Source: Trichoplax adhaerens (Eukaryota; Animalia; Placozoa). Taken from it: a DNA stretch of 64,000 bases. A program made the position numbers and the translations under genes. The DNA is taken from positions 413,212 to 477,211 of the forward strand of contig NW_002060971.1 in assembly GCF_000150275.1 (NCBI RefSeq). Reading direction: 5' to 3'. Shown piece by piece: positions 13,811 to 27,345 of the stretch. A model generated the notes under the pieces. That model saw only the letters and a list, made by a program, of their open reading frames with translations. It made no database searches and was not told where the DNA came from. The number at the start of each line of letters is the position of its first letter. The first letter of the stretch is position 1.

Positions 13811-16262
13811 TTAATTTATAGTAATGGAAGACATTATCAACTAAACGCCATTAATAACAGTTTGAACTACTAATATTGAAAAATTGTGATAGTTTCTTTC
13901 ACTTTGATTAATAAGTAGACCAAGTCTTTAACTATGGCGATGCTCCAATTTATAGAAAGTCATCGTAGCACCAGATATATTTCATAAAGAGAGGTTATTT
14001 TAAGGCTATTACAGCAACGATAAATACTTTTTGGCAGGCCTTAATCCAGCAATTATAAAATGATTACTAGCTTTTAGGAGTATGTATAAATAAACTCAAT
14101 TTAGTATTCAGCCTAAATTATTAATGTCAAATAAATTCATCATCTTTTACTAGTAAAGTTAGTAACTGATCGCTAAACGTCCTCATGAATGAGGGTTCAT
14201 AAATTTAGCCCTGTAGTTGAGAATTCGGTTCCGTGCGTGAGTTTCAAATAAATGCAACTTGGCTGCTTTAGTTTAATAATTAATGTCAGTCGACTTTACT
14301 AGATTACTAGATGTTAATAATACTAATAGTTAACTCTGATCGCAGAGACTCTTGACCGCGAATTTTAAATAATATACTAAGAAATACTAATAGATCAATT
14401 TGATTCTTAACCTGATTTAATTGAGTAGCGACCTGATGCTACCGATTGATTAATGATCGTTATGCGGTTATGAAATCAGTTTTATTGGTTGTCAATTTAA
14501 GGCATCAAAAGTAGCCAAATGCTATTGATGTAATAGGATAAGTGAGGCAGTTATTTACTAAAGTGGCCGCTGAAAAATCGATTATCATATCGTTTCTTTT
14601 AATGATCAGATTTTTTATGCCGTATAGTTTGGAAGTCGTAATAATGAACGTAAGAGTAGTTATAATTCGATCCTGGAATATCCAATTTAGTTCATTAGAT
14701 GATACTCTGAGATAACGTAAATAACTGTGTTTATCGATGTAGCAGAATAAAGGAACAAATTGTAGGTCAAAGTTTGCGTATTAGTTAGAATACTTTTATT
14801 GGTACAATATTACGCTAGATGCTGATGATATTAAGTAAAATCCGTTAAATGAAATTACAGAGGTAAAAAGTAAAGAGGACGAGATATGGATCCTTTCAAC
14901 AGGCTTAATTGCCCTAATATAACGTTAATTCCAGTATGTATTCATTGCGTTTAATTGAGATGAAATAGTGAGTTAGCTTCCTTCTATCTATAGTGGTATA
15001 ATAATTAATTAGCCGTAAAGGACTGATTGGACTGATCGTAATTAATAGAGTAGCAGCTTTTATACCGGTGATTTTAAATAATGATCGAATATTGAGTAAT
15101 TTATTTGAGTTATAACTTGTAATGCTCTAACCTTTCATTTTAGTTAATGCAAATATTCATTTTTAAAATCGATTTAAAAATGAGTGAAATATTTAAAATA
15201 AATGCTGGATCTTAATAACGCGGACATATATGATTACGTGAACTTGTAGAGAAAGGAAAATTGGAGATATGTGATGTTTGAAAGTAGTAAAGTACGACTG
15301 CGCTTGCTGTGAATATGGAAAACTATGAACATACGAAATATAAATTTCTAGACGGATGTGAAAAAGTAAATTATTATTTATAATAGTTGTAGGCATCAAA
15401 TATCGATATAAGATTTTAATTATAGGAGATATTAATGGCTAAACTTCATCAGCTAGTCTTAGATATATTTGTCTTAATCTGATGGCTATATTGAGGCAAA
15501 AAATAATCCATCAGAAAGTGGAATAATTAATATTTATAGCTTTATTGTGTAGAGCCATCTACTCTTGGAATATTATTGTAAGAATACTCCTTAGTATTAA
15601 CGTCAGGTATCTAAAATGATGCTCAGTAGCTAAGAATTTAATAAAAATTGTTTTTAACTTTAGTTACATAAAATTAGTACTATGCAATGTTGAACATTTC
15701 AAATTTATAGATAATTATTTTAATAGATGTTGTACTTAAAATTTTAGCTTCTATTAAGCTAGTAAAGTATTTCATGCAGACAAGCATAGATTACTTCTGG
15801 GCTTTATAAACAAATCAAATCTATTTTCTTTGCATCTAAGCGACTTTAATGCAAGTGTGAATATATCACGCTATTTCGGACAATAAAAGCTATAGCTGAT
15901 CGAAAAATATTCGCCATCGAGCGCATTTTTTTATCATCATGGTACGTTAATAGAAACGAATCATTTTGGAAATCGTTTCAAAGCGAATATTAAAATTGAT
16001 TTATCACTCTATACTTTTGCTTTATCTGATAATCTCTAGATAGCGTGAATTAAAATTTACCAGTCATCGATAATTAAATGGATAGCTGCTGAACTAGCAA
16101 CTTTTAATCATTAAAATATGTAGTACAAATGAGCTTATTTTTCGACGAAAAATTACAATTATCGCGGTTAGTCTATAAAATAGCACAATGATCAACATCA
16201 TTGGTCAATACTAACTACTTTTAATTACAGATTGGCCGACGGAATGAAGATGAAATCTGAAT

Positions 16263-16265
<3 letters not shown>

Positions 16266-16319
<54 letters not shown>

Positions 16320-16330
16320 CATAATAATAA
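16266..16330. repeat. (AAT)n microsatellite
   Basis: Long AAT run with a short interruption; it explains the poly-Leu ORF 16211-16459. Confidence 0.95.
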
Positions 16331-17367
16331 TGTGATAATCGAAATATTATTACGGTAATAACGATAATACAAATGAATGCACAAATCTATTAATTCGAAA
16401 GTTTTACTAAGTATTATACGAGTATTTCTTATGCAATGGAAGATGTTGCAAGTTAACACTCATAGCTTGGATCAAGAGAATAAATTAATTTAACATCATG
16501 AGAAAATATCATTACCCTTGAGTGAAACTTTTAACATTAATAACCGCCACAAACTCGAAATCTTACAAGTTCTTTTAAACTTCCATATCCCTAATGTTAG
16601 TATACGTACATTGGCCTAGGAATCTCACGCTATACAAGAAATAGCTTAACATAAAACTGGTTTGTAATACGCTCGCGATGTTAGTTATCTTAATATTAAT
16701 TCGTTTTTTTTGCCTTGATGGATCTCAAGATTGTGGATACCTAATTTTTCAGAGCTTACTTATGACGATCATGATAACTGCCTAGTTAGCTATACCACAT
16801 TTATAATAATAATAAAACGACATTTTTGCTACTATCTGTTAACAGTTAAATGATCTAGCTACATTAATAGGATGTTCAATTAAAATTTCTAGCCTATAAT
16901 CGTAAAAATGCTATAATAAGTAAATGATAAAATAATTCATTTTGATAAAAAAATCCTGAAAGAATCTATAATATCAATTTATAACCTATTCGTTAAGTGA
17001 ATGATGCTATTTGAATTATCTCAAATTCATATTTTATGTTTGATAATTTTAAAAAATAGACTTGTCTATTAAGAGTGCCTGCCATAATCTGCATATCACT
17101 GCAAAATGTTTGCCTGTACTTTTACCCAAACTGCCCGTTACATGTACATTATACAGTCTATTCTGCAAAGATAGCAGGATTAGCAAAGACTTGTTTAATA
17201 TCTGAATATAACGCGTTATGACTATATGGATAATATTAAACTATATTCGAAATAAGTTAAAAGATACCGGGACATTGTAGATACTATTGATCCTAGGAAT
17301 AATTTCTTTCACACATGGCGATACCATAACGGTTCCATAGTAGAATTTCCTCAACGGTAGTATGTAA

Positions 17368-20300
17368 TCAGTATCGGAATTGTTCATTTGGATTATTGTT
17401 ATTATAATAGTTTAAGCGCTTCTTTAAAACTCCGCATAAACGATCAGTTCTATCATAGCAAAAAATAAGAAGAGATGATAAGTCAATGGCTTAAAAGTTC
17501 CTATCGTGGTTACTTATTGGAGACAAGTTTATTTCCCAAAGGCTAGCTGAAAAGTATCAGGGCTAAACTATCCTAAGATTGTAATATATATTATTTAGCG
17601 GTAAAGAGCAAATAATGTAGTAAATTTCATATTAATGTTATGTGGATACTAACTATGATCACTGTGAATCGTGTCATGGATATCGACTGTACGTTATTAT
17701 GCTACAAAATACTATATCTGTTAGACTATTAAAATAGTTCTCGGCTGAAAAGTTATCAAGTTGTGGCTCTGGTTCTTAATGACATTATTTCAAGAGAGAG
17801 CTGTATTTTCAGTTTATTTTAAGATACCGTAAATGTTGCAAATTAATACCGTATTAGTTAAAGGCTTAAATTTATCATATAATAAAGTGAAGGTGTGATG
17901 CTGCATATCAGATTTATAATAATCATCTGTTTAAACTAATCAATATGTAAGTATCGTATCTATTTATTAAGATTATAATATTAGTCACTAATCTCCAATA
18001 GTTACTTTTCAGCTTTTTGTTCTGCTAAAAATTTTGATGTGGTGGCTTCGTGTAGCTGCCTAGCTTTTTCATCTCGTTCTCGAATGATATTGTTTAGCTT
18101 TGAATTTAATTCCTGATTATCTTGATCTAGTTGCCTGTTACTTGTTTCGTATTGCCGCAATTTATCCTCATACGCTTGGATTGTTGCATTAAATTGATCA
18201 CGAAGATTTTTCTCATCAGAAAGAGAATTATGAAGACTAAAGAAGGTAATCAAATATAATAAAATTGACAAATATTTATAGCCCAAACAGCGAAATAAAC
18301 TATCCGTATGCACATTAGATAAAAAATAACAATTTATAAGTTTTCTATTGGAGCAATAAGAAAATCTAGGAGACTACGGTAATTATTAAGTTCAGTAGAA
18401 ACGTTCTGAACCTGTAATATATTCTTAAATCTTCCAATTCTTCCTCTGATCTCTTGAGTCGTCTAAGCAGTGAATCTCGTTCTTCCTGTGAAGCAATCAA
18501 TTGGCTCTGCGCATATAAATATGACATTCAGTTTTTTGATATTGAGATAGGACATGCTTGAGTTTAATTTATAGTTTGAAGAGTAGTAGCAAGTACAATC
18601 GAAGTTTTATTACCCGTAAACTCTTAACTTTGGTATCCTCTAGGATGCTAATTTTGCTCTTCAGTGATTCCTTTTCACGGTGTAGATGCCGAACATCTTC
18701 TTCAAGAATTGAACACTAAGGTAAATAGAATTGAATTTTTTGTTTCAGTCATTACTATTAATTATTCTCGGTCAAAATTTAGAAAGTCTATCATAATTAG
18801 TATTGGGTAAACAGCATCAGAGAACCATATATGTATTCGAAATATGTATATTATAAAAAAATTTCGTAATTTACTTGGTTTACATGTGGCTGTATTGTCC
18901 ATTGAATACACTTATAGTGTCATATCTCATACTGCAATGCTGGCAATACAATACGCAGAGATTTGCCCAAATGAGCGAGTAATCACAATTCATGACCCAT
19001 TACATTAAGCTATTACCGTTATAGTGAAATTAAGGTTAAAAGTACGATACCTTATTTACAGCTTCATCTTTCTCTTTTAGTGCTGCAGTTAGTTCATGAT
19101 TAATAGTAACATGTTTTTGTTTCTGAACGGACTTAACTTTTCCAATAACTTGTGCACCATGGCGGTTTAATTCGGCAATGCTACTAGCCCGATTAATCTG
19201 TGTAAGGAGTTCGGAAACATCCTAAAGAAGGAATATTGATTTTTTACTTTGAGAAAGATTGCCAAAGTGGTTGTTTATTTTGTGCTGCGATGAACATTTC
19301 CATGCCCTTATTAATCAAATCAATTTACAAAATCACAGTTCTTTTATAGTGAATAAAATCTCAGATTGTAGCTTTGATTAGATGTTTACTGACTGATAAT
19401 GTATGTGCTCGTCCTAGCCATTCTTAATAACAAATGGCCGAATCATGTTTATCATATGAATTTGTTTTTAGTTCTTGAAGTTATTCATAGTTCAGGGAAG
19501 TTTTTGTAGCTCATGAAATGAATCTAGAGAATGAAAGTGGGTTTCCTGATGATATTTACTGATAGGTCTCGATTTCAAGAAGATTTTACTACAAGATAAG
19601 GTTATTGTTTTTGCCAGCATTGGATCCATTAACATTTAGCAAAGTCTTATTTACTTAAAGGTAGAAGTGATTAATATTAGGCAATATACAGCTTAAAATT
19701 TTCATTTATCATATACCTTGCCTTTAGATTTTATATCGTTATCTGATCTTGATTAACTTAGCGAACAAATAGAAGGGGAGTTCAACAAACTCAATCATAC
19801 CTGCTGACTACGTGCGCTGACTGGCTTTTCATCTTCCGATTCTTCACTTTCAGATTCAGATTCATCATCACTAGCATAATGCAGAATGAAAAATAATATA
19901 GTTAGCGTTTATTATGTTAACTTGTAGGTAAATGGAGAAAGGGTAATTACTAGGCTGTTCAAAAAATTGGAAGTAATAGTAAGGAAAAATTTTAGATTTA
20001 CCTTCCATAAAAGCTGCTTGTACTACGTGTAGACTCAATCTGTCTTAATTTTTTAACGGCTGCATCTCGTTCTTCATTAGCATGCCGTAGCCTGGCCATT
20101 ATGGCGCAATCCCTTTCCTTTTGCGCTTTATAAAGTCTTTCTACCAAAGCTAGCCATGGAAGTGATAGAAATATTACATATTTTAGTTTACTGATGTGGC
20201 ACAAAACAAATTTTACTTTTCTAGAGATACTTGGATGCATTTTTCTACTCAACGCCCTTTACCTGCACTTTCTTGGGCAACTTTTGCGTTAATTTCTTCC

Positions 20301-21285
20301 GACATCATCTCTCTAGCCGATAATACTGGGGCTTCAGGGCTTAGGCCATATCGACCAGGAGAATCACTTGACTAATGAATAAAATTACGATAACAAAATG
20401 TTACATTGATTATCGGAGTAATGTCAATATGAAGCACTTTGACATATATTATAATCTACGCGAGTATCCATACATTTATTATTATGATAGTAAAGCATTA
20501 GATTAATTATAGGAGAAATACAAATTTACAGCTTTTCAACTTTTTTATATGATCGGTAGAAAAAAGAATGCATTCATTATTATCAACTATGATAGGAAAT
20601 AATAACTGTATCATCACTAGGACAGGTTTACCTTGGTATAGTCTAACTTCAAATCACCATTTTTAAAGCTAAATGTTGGACTTGTTGCTCCAAATAAACG
20701 CTGAGAGCCATAATTGTACGAACTACCTAATGAATAATTATCACTCAAGACACTTTCTGATGGTGATCGATTACGCAATGGAGGAATAAATGGCGGCATC
20801 GTTCCAAGGTTATCTGGTACGTTACTATTTGCTTGGAATAAATTAACTTGGCTACCAATATCTGGTACAGGGATATTGTTAGAATTCATGGGAGGGAAGT
20901 AACGAAAGGCTGATTCGACAGAATTATTTGATTGCACTGGTATCGATTGTGAAGGATTTAGTGGTCCTACTGTAGAAGTTGAAATGGGCTGATGCATAGG
21001 TTGATGAATTGCATGCAGAACAGGTTGAACTAATGGTTGCAATATTGGCTGCGAGAAAGGCTGTGTTATAGCTGGCTGAGGAAATTGTTGGACCATTGTA
21101 GGTATATATGTTGGTGTATTATTGATAAATGCTTCTGCTGGTGCCATTTGCCCCACAGGCGAAGTTGGATGGATGCTTTCCATGTAGCTTTTTTGCATAG
21201 TATCTCCTTTCTCGTTATTGGTATATATTGTGTTTGTGTGATTACTTGGAAGATTTTGAGCTGTTTGTAGTTCAGGCGATGGCAT
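17368..21285 (-). CDS. MIPOL1: Mirror-image polydactyly gene 1 protein homolog (coiled-coil), 9 exons, about 553 aa
   Basis: Exons 21285-20632, 20371-20263, 20149-20002, 19870-19801, 19221-19051, 18715-18614, 18506-18412, 18236-18006 and 17449-17368 splice in frame at GT-AG sites (1662 nt). The motifs ALVERLYKAQKERDCAIMARLRHANEERDAA, LRIYYSLHNSLSDEKNLRDQFNATI and KTDRLCGVLKKR match, in order, my recollection of vertebrate MIPOL1 (ALVEEVYFAQKERDEAVMSRLQLAIEERDEA; LRVYYSLHKSLSQEENLKDQFNYTL; KLERLVDVLRKK). The start codon is tentative. Confidence 0.88.
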
Positions 21286-22011
21286 ATCGTTAATCAACCA
21301 AGATATGCTTAGCAATTAATAAAATAGGAACTCGTTATGAAATGAGTTTGAAGGCTACTACGGCGTATTCGGATGGATAATTAGTAACGGCGAATTAATT
21401 TCGTTTTGGTACAGGTCAATGGCTAGTAATTTGCCTATATTACTTTCTTTCGGAAACAGGAGTTATATTGAATCTTAGCTTCGAAGTGAATGGATAAGTA
21501 GAGTAGTGGAGGATGAATGATTAACTTTATGTATTAGATCAATCCTTAGCGATTTTCTGAATCACCAATTCATCACAAAATGTCCTATAAAAACAGACTA
21601 AAAGTCATACCATCACTTAGTATAAATCATTAGTCATAATATCACAATTTTTAACAAAATTTTTAAGAAGAATAAATAATAAATATTAATTATTGAATTA
21701 TCAATAGTAGACTTCCATTAAAGACGATTCTATAACTGCAGATGATGAAATTTCCATTATAATTTATTAATTGATGAATTTTAAGAATGCTAAGATTAAC
21801 TCTGTTTTCATTTTCCCATTTAGCCGTAAGCAGTCACTGTTACATAATTATTAATATAAGGCGAATTAAATTCAACTGAGAATCGCCTTAGTTGATGTTT
21901 GCATATGGTATGCGCTTAATGGACCTATAAATTACTTCACGATATGGTAAGTGAAGGCACTCTTTGCATTATTGATTTCAACCAGAATGATATGGATTTG
22001 AAGTCAAATGC

Positions 22012-22500
22012 ACAGCATTTTTAGATTTATGCATGCACTTTCTATATCGCATGTAATGGTTTAGTACCGCATTAGCACGTTTAAATTACCTTTATTGATA
22101 TAAATATAGGTTTAACGGGTACTAAGCTATTTACAAGCAGCAAGATGATAACAACATTACAGTTAATGAAATGTAATTAATTAGCGTCTACTATCAGTAT
22201 TCCAAGTTATACACTTACCGCTTCCAATATAACATTTTTAGATCTGTACATGTACTTTTTATGGCGGATATGGATGGCTTATTACGGTATTAGCACTTCT
22301 AAGTTACTTCCGTAGATGTAGACGTAGGCATTATGATGATTTAGTTCCGTATTAGCATTGCCGCATTACCTCTACTGACGTAAATATAGGCACTACGGGT
22401 ACTAAGCTGTTTACAAGCAGCAAGAGGATAACGATATCGCAGTTATTGAAATGAAAATTACATAGCACCATACATCTGTATTCCAAGTTCTGTACACTTT
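22012..22500. repeat. Degenerate tandem duplication (about 200-280 bp units) with an internal sub-repeat of about 60 bp
   Basis: taaatatagg..acgggtactaagct.tttacaagcagcaaga.gataac....agtta.tgaaatg..tattccaagtt occurs at about 22101-22210 and 22381-22490. A third gtattagca-ttac-tagg sub-unit lies near 22288. Confidence 0.8.
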
Positions 22501-25500
22501 AAGAGATATTTAAATCACCCATTTGCTTGCTTTATAAGTTGTTGGGTAGGACTTGTATTTTATATGGGTTCGTTAATGTTAAATCATTAGCAGATATTGT
22601 GACAACTTACTGCCGTAATTACGAACCATAAATTAAGACACAGTTATTTTCTTTAAGCCCGACTCAAGAGAAAGAATACATTATCAAGGAATACCTAACC
22701 AAATTACCTTTATATGATAACATCAACACCTCAATTAATTGATTGTAATGTTTTGAAAAGCTTTCATTTTTAATATAGTATTACAAAACAAGGGTTTGAT
22801 AATTATAATTAATGTACATCAATCTTTACATTTTTTCTTTTTATACTTGTTTGCATCATAACATTTTCAGTAAAGATAGCTGCTAGTGATAGCTTTAAGC
22901 CCTTTCAGTCATTCTGTATATCAATATTAGGGTCCGAGTTCAGATTTGTTAGAGGATACTACGGCATTGTGTAAAACGGATGTCTGTGAATCAAAGTGCA
23001 GGTATGGTGATATTAATTCTCGACTGTATTCGTAGAATTTATACAGTCTATCATATAAATGGTTACCAGTTACATTTGGAGGCTATTATACTTTTGGATA
23101 TAGGTATATCATCTTAGCTAATAATTGATTTATGATTTAGTATTATTCTAGATAGAATATTTTGGTTTATGTTGTTGAATCAAGGACGTACGGTACATAC
23201 TTTGCTTCTGCTGAATCATTTATTCGAAAATTTTAGGATGATTGTGGTGGCGATAGTTACTTTCTATACGATTATCATTTTATAGTATTTAGCTGTTGTT
23301 TTGTCACTCGTAAACCTTATAAACGGTGGAAATTAATCCACGTTATAGAAAGGATATCAACAGCATAATTAAATAATTATTTGGCAGCGGCAATGGAAGA
23401 ATTTTAGTTGTTCATGCCTTTCTAAAATTGGGTGTTACGAGTTAGAAAACATGAGTATGGTCATTTGACTATATTTGATATAAGTCTGCTAGTACCTCCT
23501 CCATGAAAAGAAGAATATATATTATAGAAATTTGAGAGTATGTAATTTTAAATTTTTCTCTTTTGGCCTTTGCAACATCTTGGTCAATCATGAAAAAATC
23601 ATTGTCACCTTTGTCTAAAGCTTGTACATTTTATGGAGGCCAAAAGGACACTTGAATTGATGTTGTTTTTGATAATGTTGTTATTAATGTCGTGGTTATA
23701 GTTGGAATTGATCGTCCATTTGCAGTATGCTAATGGCATAGTTTGAATAAGGGTACGATTGGTATCGGAAATAATGTAAACTAGTCGTATCGAATAGGGA
23801 GAATGTTCTTCCGTGACGGGAAGATATTAAATAAATGATCTCAACTCTACCGTAGATAAGGAAAGAGTGGATTTGTATTATTTTTTTGATCGGTTGAAAT
23901 TTCAATAAGAATAAATTAATTGAAGTTAATGGTCTGTAGCTGTTTTGGATAGATCTGATAAAAGGAATTAAGATAGAACAGTACCGAAATAAAAAGGTAA
24001 AATTACTGCCTTATGCTTAATTACAGTGGTACGGTATACTTTCATCTTAGCTGCAAGTAAAATAAATGATATACTCGTAAATTAACAAGGTGTGATATAT
24101 CGGGAATTATTTCACGAGATATGCATCAAAGAATTTAACTAGTAAAATTCCCATTAATTGATTTGTTGCAAGATTGATTCAGTAAGTGAAAACAACGCCA
24201 TGGTTTGAGATACTTGTGATTTTAACTGGGCGATTTCGCTTCGAGACAGAAACTGTGAGATAACCTTTATTGTTAAGTCTCGTGTTTTGTTTTCAATCTT
24301 CTTCTACAACTTGTTACTATATTTCCTTATTGTACCGCTACAAAATAATTAATAAAATTTGGCTATAGAATGATATCGAGATAAAACTGATAACGCGCCT
24401 ACAGTAAAAGTGTCTGAAGAGAATGAATCCATCTGGTTGATGCGATTAAGTCTACTCTTACTACAGAATCTCGCAATGACGATACATAGAGCAACGGCTT
24501 TGGCTTGCTATCCAAAGGATAATTTGACTATTTTGTATTCTTAAAGGTAAAGTAGATAGGTTACGTTGACGATAATAAAGCCTGGAGTACTTTAAGAAGT
24601 AAAATTACAGTATGTAGTCCTTACCGGATAATACAACAGCATTGGATTATAGTTAGTTTCTTTCGATTGATTTTGTATCAAAGTAATTATTTTTTTTTTG
24701 GTAACGATTGGTTGACTGAATCCATGTATTATTGATATATTTTATTTTGATTAACTAACAGTTGTTAGCTTGAAACTTTATAGAACTGAATTCTCTATGC
24801 CTGAGAACGATTTTTGTAGATAGAATTGTTTTTTACATAGGAAAATAGAAGCAGAATTAACCGCGTTAATGAGATGAAAAGACATTTTAATTTATAATTT
24901 TGTTTTAAACTTTATTTTAACGCTTTCCACAAGCAAGTTGTATGCGCATTTAGTTTGATGATAAAATTCTCTACCACTCAAAAGTTTCTAAATAAGTGAA
25001 ATATTAGTTATAACAGATTTATCCCTCGCTTATTAAAGGGTGATCGATTTGAACGATCAACAACGAGGCATTTACATTTGATAATGTTAGCTTTGAAAAT
25101 GTAACTCTAAATTGTCGTATCGGAATTTGTATCATCAATATCGCCAAGTTATAGAACCCGTAAAAATAGGAATAGCATGATTTCAACTTGGCTTTAGCGT
25201 GTTAATATTATTGCCAGGTTTTGTGGATTATGTACCGTATTGGTTAGCGTAGCTAGAAGAGGGAATTTACTCATCTAGTTTCCAGCTTACTCCATTTGTG
25301 CCGAAAAATAAAACTAATAATGTGCATCTTTCAAGGCTTTACTGAATTGATAGCTTAATATATTTTGATGAATAGTCATTGCGGTCTGAATTGACATTTT
25401 TTAAGATTGCGTCTAATTGTACTCGCTCCTTACTATGAGGGATTAGAAGCGTTTATAAAATGACTGGTGTTGAAATAGGATGACAATACGATTGAAATGT

Positions 25501-26469
25501 TATCCAATATTATGGTTCAAATCATTTAAAAAAGAAAACTAATCAACACGAGTAGGTTGATACCTAGCGTTAAAGATGGTGATCATCTACTAGTTCTGAT
25601 TTTAGCCTCTAATACTACTGGTATCTATCGATGCTATTTTCTATTTTCATTAAGCAGTAATTCATTCACAGCAAAATATAGAATCACTAGTAAATAAAGA
25701 TGAAGTTTAATGCTAGTAGCGAACTGGATGACTATAAATCATCCTCTTACCTTTAAACTATTGGAATTCACGTTATCAATATAGGATAGTTCATCAACTG
25801 GAATCGAATCAAGAGTATCACCAACCACTCATAGACATCATCATTTCTTGATGAAAACTTCTACTAAACTTAATCCTAATACAGCTCTTATCCTAAGTTG
25901 GATAATCAGGAAACTCTGGAACCAATGAAGAAGATGAAGGCAGTAAATTAATAGTGATCCTAGGCCCAATTTTAACAAGCGATAAATTGAACTTGTTACT
26001 AATTTATACATGATAATATCCATCTATTGTTTTCATCAAGTTGAAAATTGAATAGGACGCCGACGGGGACGCATTAATGCTGCTTGTTCATTGGAAAATT
26101 TAATTGAACACCACACGTGAACATCATCATGTGATGGTGGCCTATTGTAGATCAAGTTGTATTAATTAATTAGTTGTCGTTGAAGGCGAATTCTGATTGC
26201 ATCTGATTATCCTCGAACTAGTAGGTAGTAGTCCAAGGTGGTGATGAACAGTTATTTTGTGCTCCTTTCTGCCTACGGTATCAAAGAAGAGAAGATAAAA
26301 TCACTTATCTGTGACGCAGTAAATAAATGATTTCCAATGGTTGAAGCCTATTTCTGATTCCATCGGATAGTCCATAGGCTAATAGGCTGTAGTCTAGGAT
26401 GGAGGGGGAACTGACAGATAATTGTTTATGTGCTCTATTAATACTCATCGAGATAGTTGAAATGGAGAC

Positions 26470-27345
26470 ACGTATCGGTGATGCTATATTTATTCAATAT
26501 GAAGCAAGAGCAATTAGAGTAGCTAAAACTAAATGAGCGATGTGCGATATCTGTCTAATATGATATTCAAAGCTATGCTAATTCGAACGGTTAAAACTAG
26601 ATAAGTGATGCGATCTGTCTAGTATGAAGGAAAGAACAATGCGATTTAGAACCGTTCAAACTAGATGAGTAATGTGATCTGTCTAGGATCAAAAAATGAA
26701 GAATGATAATTGGAATTGTTAAACAAAATGAGCGATGCAACCTATCTAGTATGAAGAGTAGAGTAATATTCATTGCAACAATTTAAACTAGATGAGTGAG
26801 GCGATATCTATTTAGTATGAAGGGTAGAGTAATGCTAATTGGAACAGTTAAAACTAGGTCAGCAATGTGATATCTATCTATCGTGATGAAAAGAGCAATG
26901 CTAATTGAAACAGTTAAAACTAGAGAAATGATGCGATCTTTCTAGTATGAAGGGGAAAACGATTATAATTAAAATTATTGAAGCTAGACGAGTGATGCAA
27001 TAATTATCATGAAGCGAAGAGTAATGATGATTGAAATTGTTGAAACTAAATGAGTGACGCAAACTATCTAGTATGGGGAAAAGGGCAATGATATTTGGAG
27101 CAGTTAAACGAGATGATCCATCAGATATCTATCTAGGGTGGAGGGAAGAACAATGATAATTGAAATTGTTAAAACTAGATGGGTGATGCGATCTCTCTAG
27201 TAAGAAGAAAAGAGCGATTCTAATTAAAACAGTTAAAACTGGATGAATAATGCGATATTCATTTAGTGTGGATGGAAGAGCAATGATAGTTGGAATTGTT
27301 GAAGCTAAATGAACGAAGGCGCAATACTAATTGGAAGTTTTGAAA
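26470..27345. repeat. Degenerate minisatellite, about 13 copies of a unit of about 64 bp
   Basis: Consensus approximately aaaactagatgagtgatgcgatctatctagtatgaagggaagagcaatgctaattggaacagtt. Unit starts lie near 26525, 26593, 26658, 26721, 26785, 26850, 26916, 26980, 27042, 27106, 27171, 27235 and 27301. Confidence 0.9.

Noticed and set aside
3704-15670. Cluster of PAR-bZIP D-box sites (TTAYGTAA) suggesting autoregulation
   Set aside because: A rough estimate at this AT content gives about one site per 5 kb by chance, similar to what is seen across the window.
16211-16459. Poly-Leu ORFs (also 3782-4075) resembling membrane proteins
   Set aside because: They are translations of the AAT and AAC microsatellites.
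26470-27345. CRISPR-like array
   Set aside because: The whole unit is repeated and degenerate with no unique spacers; there are no cas genes and the context is eukaryotic.
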